A stretch of 64,000 nt of DNA. It comes from Myxococcota bacterium (GTDB taxonomy: Bacteria; Myxococcota_A; UBA9160; SMWR01). Location: positions 2,339-66,338 of the forward strand of contig JBFGGA010000001.1 in assembly GCA_041579295.1 (NCBI GenBank), written 5' to 3'. Both the position numbers and the translations under genes were made by a program. Below the pieces are notes generated by a model that worked only from the letters and a program-made list of their open reading frames with translations, was not told the DNA's origin and searched no databases. Positions 20,156 to 26,755 of the stretch are shown here, piece by piece (the first letter of the stretch is position 1; every line of letters starts with the position of its first letter).

Positions 20156-21070
20156 CTATTGGTTGCTGAGCGCGCTCAGCATCATGTAGGCGCCGGGTGC
20201 GATGAAGATCACGAGCAGCGCGGTGAAGATCATCGTGCTCGGAAGGATCAGCTTGAGGGTGGCCTTCTGGGCGCGCTCCTCGGCGCGCTGCATGCGGACG
20301 ACGCGCATCGAATCGGCGTGCACGCGGAGGGCATTCGCGAGGCTCGTCCCGAAACGCTCGGTCTGAACCAGAAGCGCCACGAGCGAGCTGATGTCCGAAA
20401 CTCCGGTTCGATCGGCCAGCGCCCGCAAGGCCTCGGTGGTGCTCTTGCCGGCGCGCGTCTCCTCGACCACCAGCGAGAACTCCTTCGCGATGATCGGGCA
20501 CTTGGATGCGAATTCGTCCGAGACCTGCGCGAGGCTCTGATTGATCCCGAAGCCGGCTTCGACGCAGACGACCATCAGATCCAGCGCGTCGGGGAGCGCT
20601 CGAACGAGCTCGCGCTGACGCGATTTGATTCGGCTGTCCAGGGCGATGCTGGGAAAGACGTAGAAGATCGCAGACAACACGATCAGCATCCCTAACTGAA
20701 CCACAGAGGGCAGAGCCCAGAAGCCCGGCAGCAACGCGACGATCGCCGGACCGCCGATCGCGAGCGTGGGCCGGACCCCATAGAAGATCATCGGAGCCGA
20801 GGGTCGCCGGTAGCCCGCGCGAACCAGGCGAGACCGGAGGCGCGAGGCGTCCGCACCCTCTCGCCCGCGTCCGATCCGGGCGAGGAGCCCCGACCAACCC
20901 TTCTCCTGGCCGTGCATGAGGGACCGGCCCGCAAACTCGGTGGGTCGCTGCTTCGGGCCGAGGTGCGCGAGCCGGCGGCCGATGGCGCGGGGCCCGAGCA
21001 TCGCGCGGATCGCGAGCACCAGCATGATGACAGAACCGAAGACGAGCGCAGGAATCGCAAAATCCACCAT
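20156..21070 (-). CDS. tadC: Tad pilus inner-membrane platform protein TadC (T2SS-F family)
   Basis: 304 aa: N-terminal TM, a cytoplasmic helical T2SSF domain (LPDALDLMVVCVEAGFGINQSL), and C-terminal TM helices. Confidence 0.85.
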   Translation of the reverse strand: MVDFAIPALVFGSVIMLVLAIRAMLGPRAIGRRLAHLGPKQRPTEFAGRSLMHGQEKGWSGLLARIGRGREGADASRLRSRLVRAGYRRPSAPMIFYGVRPTLAIGGPAIVALLPGFWALPSVVQLGMLIVLSAIFYVFPSIALDSRIKSRQRELVRALPDALDLMVVCVEAGFGINQSLAQVSDEFASKCPIIAKEFSLVVEETRAGKSTTEALRALADRTGVSDISSLVALLVQTERFGTSLANALRVHADSMRVVRMQRAEERAQKATLKLILPSTMIFTALLVIFIAPGAYMMLSALSNQ

Positions 21071-21079
21071 CTCGACCTC

Positions 21080-22015
21080 TCAGGCTTCCACGTCTGCAAT
21101 ACGCAGCGCCATGAAGTAAGCCAGCCCGTCGAGCGCAAAGGCGCTCGCCAGCGTGAAGTGCCCCCAACGGTGCTCGAAGAGCGGGCCGATGTAATCGGGT
21201 GCGACCATCCAGACGAGACAGATGATGGCCGGCAGCCACAGCGCGAGGAAGGTTGCGGCTCCACGCCCTTGCGCGGTGAGCGCGCGTACGCGCCCCTTGA
21301 ACTGCGAGCGCTCGCGGAGGAGCGTACTGAGCCGATCGAGGAGCTCCGCGAGGTTGCCGCCGGTCTGGCGTTGGATCAGCACCGCGGTGGTCAGATACGG
21401 GAGGTTCTCGTTGTCGATCCGACGCATCAGATTGCCGAGTGCATCGCGCAGCTCCAGGCCGAGCCGCACCTCTTCCGCGACGACGCCGAACTCCGTCGCG
21501 ATCGGATCGGCGAGCTCCTCGCCCACCATCTGGAAACCCGCAACCAACGAGTGTCCGCTGCGCATCGAACGCGTGACGAGCTCCAGCGCGCTCGCGAGCT
21601 GCGCGTCGAAGGCGCGCATGCGCTTTCTCGCGCGCGAGCGGGCCCAGAGCAGTGGGAGAAGGCCCGTGACGACCGCGGGCGCGGCTCGAAACGAATCCTG
21701 CGTCAGCACGAAGACGCCCAGGAAGCCGATCGTCGCAAACGCCGCCGAGACGGCGAGGAAATGGCGGACACCCATCAGGCTGCCTGCCCGGTAGAGCAGC
21801 AACTCGAGCTCGAGCAGCCTGCGGATGTGCGAGCTTCCGCGGCGCCGCAGAATCGACTCGCCATTGCTGATTTCGACGCTCCCGACGCGCGACGCCAGGT
21901 TGCTGAGCCGGCTCTTCACGCGGGCCGGATCCCTGCGCCGGCCGAAGAGCTCGAAGATCCCTTCGAGCGCGAGAAGCGCCCCTACGAAGACGAATACGAA
22001 GACCATGAATTGCAT
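21080..22015 (-). CDS. tadB: Tad pilus inner-membrane platform protein TadB (T2SS-F family)
   Basis: ATG 22015 verified (MQFMVFVFVFVGALLALEG). T2SSF domain (LASALELVTRSMRSGHSLVAGF) and two C-terminal TM helices. Confidence 0.85.
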   Translation of the reverse strand: MQFMVFVFVFVGALLALEGIFELFGRRRDPARVKSRLSNLASRVGSVEISNGESILRRRGSSHIRRLLELELLLYRAGSLMGVRHFLAVSAAFATIGFLGVFVLTQDSFRAAPAVVTGLLPLLWARSRARKRMRAFDAQLASALELVTRSMRSGHSLVAGFQMVGEELADPIATEFGVVAEEVRLGLELRDALGNLMRRIDNENLPYLTTAVLIQRQTGGNLAELLDRLSTLLRERSQFKGRVRALTAQGRGAATFLALWLPAIICLVWMVAPDYIGPLFEHRWGHFTLASAFALDGLAYFMALRIADVEA

Positions 22016-22024
22016 TTGCGATCC

Positions 22025-23173
22025 CTAGTTCACGATGACGGGGTAATCGGCCGAGATGCTGCCGGCGATCGACCCGCCCGGACCAAATCCGGTGGTGTCA
22101 CAGCGCGGATCCGTCGAGCAGATGAAGTTTCCCTTGATGAGCTTGTCCGGCGTGACGATGATCTCGCGGATGTCCATGCACAGGAAGCCCACGATGTACT
22201 GTCGATCGCCGCTTGCGCACTGATCGCCGGGATTCTGGCACTCGATGATCGGGAGCGTGACGACCCAAGAGTCCGCGACGCCGTCGCCGTTCGTGTCGCT
22301 TCCCTCGGCATCGAAGCGGTCCTTGATGTCCTGGACGACCGGGGTCTTGGTTCCGTTGTCGATGTAGATCGGCTCGTCACCGATCGTGCCCGAGTTGCCG
22401 TCCTGGACGATCTGCGTCATGTCCGGCACGCTCACCGAGGGGCTGTCGCTGTCGAAGGCCGTCCAGCAGGCGTTCTGCTCAGGCGTCGAGAAGAACTCGA
22501 GGCAGCTCACCGTCTCGCCCGTGGAAAGCGGACACGGATTCGGAATGCTGTTGTTGACGAACTGGCAGTAGTTCTCCGAGCACGTGGCGCCCGCCCGGTT
22601 TCCCGACACCGCGCAGCAATCGATCGCGATCGGTAGATCAGCAGTGCCGGGGCCGCCGCTTCCCGCGAAGCCCCATTCGGCAACCGCGTCGGTATTCACG
22701 TTGATCGAGCCCACGCCCAGGGCGCGTCCCAGAATCGTGTCGATCGGCCCGTTCGCGGTGGCGTCGCGGCGCGCCACGACGCGAACCGCGCGCACGACGT
22801 TGGGGTCGGTGTTGCCCGGCAGCGCCGTGAAGGCCTGCGCGGCCATGTCCCAGCTCCCGACCTCGACGTCCGCCGCAGCGATCGTGAGATTCATTCCGAG
22901 CGCCTCGTGCTCGGCCCCGTACGTCGCCGCAGCGGTGCGGGCGCTCCCCTCGTCCACCGTCTGGAAGTCGGGCGAGAAGAGATTTCCGACGCCCGCGAGC
23001 GCGGCCGAGTCGGCAGCCGCCTGCAGCTGGCTCTTCGCCTGCCACGCGCGTCCGGTCTCGGTCGACCACGCCGCGAAGCCCACCAGAGCTGCGAGCGCGA
23101 TCGTCACGAAGACCAGGACCGAACCCTTTTCACGCCCGTTCTCGATTGTGCTCGGTCTTCGTCGGTCCTTCAT
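22025..23173 (-). CDS. tadG: TadG-like pseudopilin/pilus-associated protein with Cys-rich C-terminal domain
   Basis: MKDRRRPSTIENGREKGSVLVFVTIALAALVGFAAWSTETGRAWQAKSQLQAAADSAALAG matches the Tad_N/TadG N-terminal pattern. The C-terminal 200 aa contain about 12 Cys. Confidence 0.75.
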   Translation of the reverse strand: MKDRRRPSTIENGREKGSVLVFVTIALAALVGFAAWSTETGRAWQAKSQLQAAADSAALAGVGNLFSPDFQTVDEGSARTAAATYGAEHEALGMNLTIAAADVEVGSWDMAAQAFTALPGNTDPNVVRAVRVVARRDATANGPIDTILGRALGVGSINVNTDAVAEWGFAGSGGPGTADLPIAIDCCAVSGNRAGATCSENYCQFVNNSIPNPCPLSTGETVSCLEFFSTPEQNACWTAFDSDSPSVSVPDMTQIVQDGNSGTIGDEPIYIDNGTKTPVVQDIKDRFDAEGSDTNGDGVADSWVVTLPIIECQNPGDQCASGDRQYIVGFLCMDIREIIVTPDKLIKGNFICSTDPRCDTTGFGPGGSIAGSISADYPVIVN

Positions 23174-23248
23174 CGCGATTCCCAAATGTGATTCGATCCG
23201 CTTGCGGTTCCCATGCGACCGGAGCCGGCGTGAACGCCGGCTCTCCGA

Positions 23249-24070
23249 TCAGAACTTCTTGACCTCCACCTCGGTCCCGCGAATGATCTTCACCCGGTTG
23301 CTGCGGGGAGCCGACGCCACGACCTGCTTCGCGGTCGGCTTCGTGGAGGCGATTCGACCTTCGAGCACGTCCGCGACTCCGATGCTCCGGGTCGCGACTT
23401 CGGCGTCGTCGCCCGGCGAGCGCAGCGCGAGCTGGAGCCGCCCTTCGTGAGCTGCGTAGATCAGGTGCTCGGCCTGCTGGGGGGTCACCTCGAGCGTCAC
23501 GACGTTGACGAGCTCCGGCTCGCCGTTCTTGACCTCTTCGAGCTTTTGGTCGACTGCGAGCACGCGAACGTCCTGCAGAATGACCTTGGAGAACGGAATC
23601 GCGCGCTCCAGATCCACGCGGCGAATGGTTGCCATCACGTCCACGCGAGAGCCGGGTACCACGAAGCCCGCCACGCCGATCACGTTGTCGACCTTGACCG
23701 ACACTGCCCGGAAGTCGTCGCTGATCACGGCGCCGAGCCCGCCGGCCGCGCCGGTCTGGTACAGCGCTGCCTCGAGGACGGCCTCGCCCTGCGCGAGCGG
23801 CCGTCGCGTGATGCGATTCTCTACCTTCTCGATCGAGCGCAGCGCGCCCATCGGAACGTGCTCGCTCGGCCAATCCACCAGCTTGAGCTGCGCGCGCGTG
23901 AGGCTCGACGCGACGGGCACGTCCGACCGCACCACCACCACGGGCGTCGTCTTCACCGCGCTAACGCTGGCCTCGGCCGGCACGGCACCGAACTTCGTCG
24001 TGATCCAGGCCGCACCGAGGCCCATGATCACTGCCAAGCCTAGAAAAATCAGTCCACGTCGATTCTGCAT
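23249..24070 (-). CDS. cpaB: Flp pilus assembly protein CpaB/RcpC
   Basis: MQNRRGLIFLGLAVIMGLGAAWITTKF is an N-terminal anchor. A SAF-like region and an RcpC beta-domain follow (VVTLEVTPQQAEHLIYAAHEGRLQLALR). Confidence 0.85.
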   Translation of the reverse strand: MQNRRGLIFLGLAVIMGLGAAWITTKFGAVPAEASVSAVKTTPVVVVRSDVPVASSLTRAQLKLVDWPSEHVPMGALRSIEKVENRITRRPLAQGEAVLEAALYQTGAAGGLGAVISDDFRAVSVKVDNVIGVAGFVVPGSRVDVMATIRRVDLERAIPFSKVILQDVRVLAVDQKLEEVKNGEPELVNVVTLEVTPQQAEHLIYAAHEGRLQLALRSPGDDAEVATRSIGVADVLEGRIASTKPTAKQVVASAPRSNRVKIIRGTEVEVKKF

Positions 24071-24099
24071 GGGTTTCTCCTTTCGAATCCTTTGGCGAA

Positions 24100-24534
24100 T
24101 TACTCGTTACGCATCACGGAGCGAGCGGTCAGGTTCGTGCTCGGTGCCAGACCGGCGAGGGCAGAGAGCGCCACGTAGTCGTAGGGAACGCTCGCGGTCA
24201 CGACGAGCTGCGTGCCCGTGCCGAGGCAGGCCCCGGTTACGGTCGTGCTGATGTTCGCGGGGTCGATGCCTGAGCTGTCCGCGAAGTCGGAAACCGTGGT
24301 CTCGACCAGCGTGGTCACCGTCGCGGCGTCACACGGCGCGCGGAAGACCACGCCCGTGCGCGCGCCCTCGCGAACGGCGTTGGTCAGGCTGTTCCAGCGC
24401 GTGAACGAAACGCCGAACTCGGCGATCGCGAACACGAGCAGGAGCAGCAGCGGGAGCACGATCGTCGCCTCGACGATGGAAGTGCCGGCTCGAGTTCGGT
24501 GCGCGCGCGCTGCCGGATCGATTCGCTTCACCAC
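24100..24534 (-). CDS. tadE: TadE-like pseudopilin
   Basis: GTSIVEATIVLPLLLLLVFAIAEFG is the TadE N-terminal motif. GTG starts at 24534/24531 overlap the tadV stop (GTGA). The track ORF begins at TTG 24552. Confidence 0.8.
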   Translation of the reverse strand: MVKRIDPAARAHRTRAGTSIVEATIVLPLLLLLVFAIAEFGVSFTRWNSLTNAVREGARTGVVFRAPCDAATVTTLVETTVSDFADSSGIDPANISTTVTGACLGTGTQLVVTASVPYDYVALSALAGLAPSTNLTARSVMRNE

Positions 24535-25172
24535 GGGGAACCCCCATACCAATGCGCGGCGAGGCCGATCGCGATGGCCACCGCGAACGGGATGCCGCCC
24601 GACGCGACCGACCCTTCAGCGGGGCGCTCGTAGCCGACGCGACGGAGGGTCAGCAAGCGCCAGAGCATCCGGCACCAGCGGCGGGCGAAGGGGGCCAGCT
24701 GTCCGCGCAGCGCGAGCAGCGTCAAGCCGAACGCGCCACCCGCGATCACCGCCCAGACGGCGGTGCCGAGCGTCGCTACGGGGCCGAGCCAGGCGCCGAG
24801 CGCCATCAAAGCCTTCACGTCGCCGGCGCCCATGCCCCCGAGCGCGTAGGGCCCCACGAGCAGCGCAAAACCCAACGCCGCACCCGCTGCCGCTTCGAGC
24901 GGCCCGCTCGTCGCGCCGGCCCAGGGCGAGGCGAGCAGCGCGGCCAACAGCGCGGGCAGCGTGAGCCAATTGGGAATCCGGTGGAAGCGCAGATCGCTCG
25001 CCACCGCAAAAACGAGAAAGGCCGCTGCCCATCCGAAGACGGGCAGCGGCGTCGAACCCATGAGCCCGGCGCCGACCAGCAACATCCCAAGACCGAGTGC
25101 GACGCTCCATGCAAGGAATGCAGGGCGTACCTCGGGGAGGGCGCGACTGATCGAAATTGTGTCGGTGCTCAT
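24528..25172 (-). CDS. tadV: A24-family prepilin peptidase TadV/CpaA
   Basis: Polytopic, 214 aa. The first catalytic Asp is in VASDLRFHRIPN and the second in GGMGAGDVKALMALGAWLG. Confidence 0.85.
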   Translation of the reverse strand: MSTDTISISRALPEVRPAFLAWSVALGLGMLLVGAGLMGSTPLPVFGWAAAFLVFAVASDLRFHRIPNWLTLPALLAALLASPWAGATSGPLEAAAGAALGFALLVGPYALGGMGAGDVKALMALGAWLGPVATLGTAVWAVIAGGAFGLTLLALRGQLAPFARRWCRMLWRLLTLRRVGYERPAEGSVASGGIPFAVAIAIGLAAHWYGGSPW

Positions 25173-25199
25173 GATTGCTCCAATATCCCGAGGAGACCT

Positions 25200-25373
25200 T
25201 TACGGGATCTGGGCAGTCTGGGCGCTGAGCGACGTGATGCCGCGCAGCACGTCTCCGCCGATCGTGACGAAGAGCACCGCAGAGCCGGCCACGATGATGC
25301 CGCCGACGATGGCCCACTCGACGGTCTCGAGACCGCTTTCGTCCAGCATGAACTTCTTGATCTGGTTCAGCAT
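25200..25373 (-). CDS. flp: Flp-family type IVc pilin (57 aa; below the ORF-track cut-off)
   Basis: Hand translation of the minus strand gives MLNQIKKFMLDESGLETVEWAIVGGIIVAGSAVLFVTIGGDVLRGITSLSAQTAQIP*. It carries the Flp motif G/xxxxE-aromatic (G-LETVEW) and a hydrophobic core. AGGAG sits 8 nt upstream of the ATG, and the gene lies directly upstream of tadV. Confidence 0.85.
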   Translation of the reverse strand: MLNQIKKFMLDESGLETVEWAIVGGIIVAGSAVLFVTIGGDVLRGITSLSAQTAQIP

Positions 25374-25407
25374 TCTCAACTCCTAACCATCTCTGTTCGA
25401 ACACTCC

Positions 25408-25431
25408 TGCAACCGTGACGTCACGGCTGCA
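25408..25431 (-). promoter_or_regulatory. 24-bp near-perfect palindrome in the predicted flp leader
   Basis: TGCAACCGTGACGTCACGGCTGCA (one mismatch) with a perfect 14-bp core CCGTGACGTCACGG at 25413-25426. It lies 35-58 nt upstream of the flp ATG and downstream of the sigma-54 promoter. Confidence 0.4.
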
Positions 25432-25486
25432 GATGGGCTTCGGGCGGAGCCCTCGGCCCGGCCCCACTCGGGGCGCTGGTCCCAGG

Positions 25487-25502
25487 AGCAAAGCCTGTGC
25501 CA
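25487..25502 (-). promoter_or_regulatory. Sigma-54 (-24/-12) promoter upstream of flp
   Basis: Minus strand reads cgctTGGCACAGGCTTTGCTcc, with GG and GC at the canonical spacing of TGGCACG-N4-TTGCW. It lies 114 nt upstream of the flp ATG. Confidence 0.65.
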
Positions 25503-25645
25503 AGCGCGGGGAACGAGAGCGGCGGCCTGCGAAAACACACACGGGTTCGCGCAGATGCGCGAGCTCGCACACATCGGTGATCGCCGGCGACTCACGTCGA
25601 GGTGCCGCCCGGCGGTAGAGAAGCGGCCAACGAGTCAGGATCAGT

Positions 25646-25680
25646 ACACAGGCCTGCAATTTCTTGCGGCCCCAGGGGAA
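25646..25680 (-). promoter_or_regulatory. 35-bp conserved upstream element (candidate enhancer/UAS), copy 1
   Basis: Minus strand TTCCCCTGGGGCCGCAAGAAATTGCAGGCCTGTGT lies 143 nt upstream of the flp sigma-54 promoter. It is 31/35 identical to 19973-20007. Confidence 0.55.
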
Positions 25681-25808
25681 CACGGGCCGCGGCGAGTTGC
25701 ACCCCCGCGGCGGGCGGGCTGCGCACTCGCGAGCGAGCGAACTGAAAGGCGTTCGATCGTGAAGGGCCTCCAATCTTGGTTGGAGCTCGATCCCGAAGCG
25801 GTTCCAAA

Positions 25809-25842
25809 CGCGAAAGCGCTTCGATCGCGAAAGCGCTTCGAT
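25809..25842. repeat. Perfect 17-bp tandem duplication (CGCGAAAGCGCTTCGAT x2), each copy containing the palindrome AAGCGCTT
   Basis: Read directly: 25809-25825 is identical to 25826-25842. It lies 35 nt downstream of the msrB stop. Confidence 0.85.
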
Positions 25843-25876
25843 CGGAGGGTCCGGCCGGAGGCGAGGAGATCGGCCG

Positions 25877-26269
25877 TCAGGCTCCGCTTGCTTCGTCCAG
25901 GCGGAGCGCGACCGAATTCATGCAGTAGCGCGTGCCGGTGGGAGGCGGGCCGTCCGGAAAGACGTGCCCCAGGTGAGCGTCGCAGCGGGCGCAGGTCACC
26001 TCGACGCGCGGGGTCCCGAGGCTCCGATCCTCGCGCGTGGACACGCTCGCCTGCGCGATCGGCTGCGTGAAGCTCGGCCACCCGGTGCCCGAATCGTACT
26101 TCGATTGCGAGTCGAACAGCGGATTTCCGCAACACACGCAGCGGTAGACGCCCGCGCTCTTGCAGTCGTGGTACGCGCCCGTGAACGGCCGCTCCGTGCC
26201 CTGGCGCCGGCAGACCGCGTACTGCTCGGGGGTCAACGCGGCCCGCCATTCGGCGTCGCTCTTGACCAC
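25877..26269 (-). CDS. msrB: Peptide-methionine (R)-S-oxide reductase MsrB
   Basis: [42 protein letters not shown] and TGTRYCMNS match MsrB, including both CxxC zinc pairs. Start placed at GTG 26269 (VVKSDAEW...). The track ORF extends to 26521 through Gly/Arg low-complexity sequence. Confidence 0.9.
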   Translation of the reverse strand: MVKSDAEWRAALTPEQYAVCRRQGTERPFTGAYHDCKSAGVYRCVCCGNPLFDSQSKYDSGTGWPSFTQPIAQASVSTREDRSLGTPRVEVTCARCDAHLGHVFPDGPPPTGTRYCMNSVALRLDEASGA

Positions 26270-26640
26270 CCGCTCTCCAGCCGGTCGTCCGCCCCCCGCG
26301 CCGCTCCCGCTGGCCGACCTTCCGCCGGCTCGCCCATCGCTCGCGTCGTCCGTCACCCCGCCCTCCGACTTCGCCCCGCGCCCCTCTCGCGATCCGAGGG
26401 ACCCGTCACGCGCTCGACCGCCTGGGCGCGCGCGCCGTCGACCGCGCCGGATCGGAGCATAACACGCGGAAACACCCCCAGGGGGTGGCCCCCGTCGGCG
26501 CCGACGACCCGCGCCGGGCAAATTCGATACGCTCTGTGATGAATTGAATACCGCGCCTCCGCGCGGCGTCCAATTCTCGGAATTGTGCCAACCACTAGGG
26601 GAAGATCAGGAGGAACCAGACGGTCGATGGTCCCACAGCC

Positions 26641-26694
26641 GGGTGATCCCTTCCATCATGGATGGAACGGGTGTGGATGGAACGGGTGATCCCT
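26641..26694 (+). promoter_or_regulatory. Cluster of repeated half-sites upstream of the 26756 gene (candidate operator)
   Basis: TTCCATC-ATG-GATGGAA inverted repeat at 26651-26667. TGGATGGAACGGGTG is repeated in perfect tandem at 26659-26688, and GGGTGATCCCT flanks both sides (26641, 26685). Confidence 0.35.
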
Positions 26695-26755
26695 CGAATA
26701 CCCCTGCATTGGGAGTCCCAGGGTCGGGGGCGCTCTCGCGAAGGAGGCTGAAACG

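Larger units (their letters stand above)
14085..25680 (-). other. Tad/Flp (type IVc) pilus gene cluster including its two predicted sigma-54 control regions
   Basis: Twelve co-oriented genes whose products carry Flp, TadV, TadE, CpaB, TadG, TadB, TadC, secretin, TadZ, TadA and TPR-lipoprotein signatures (see individual entries). Most junctions are tight or overlapping. Confidence 0.9.

Noticed and set aside
25413-25426. Reading the CCGTGACGTCACGG palindrome as a CRP/FNR-family site for the Crp-like regulator at 38171-38917
   Set aside because: CRP (TGTGA-N6-TCACA) and FNR (TTGAT-N4-ATCAA) half-sites are 6 or 4 bp apart. Here the GTGAC/GTCAC halves abut, so the assignment is unsupported. It is kept only as an unassigned palindrome.
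26270-26521. N-terminal extension of the msrB ORF (84 extra codons, Gly/Arg/Ser-rich)
   Set aside because: It is low-complexity with no signal or TM segment. An MsrB of normal length starts at in-frame GTG 26269. The upstream stretch is more likely an untranslated divergent control region, although a disordered extension cannot be excluded.
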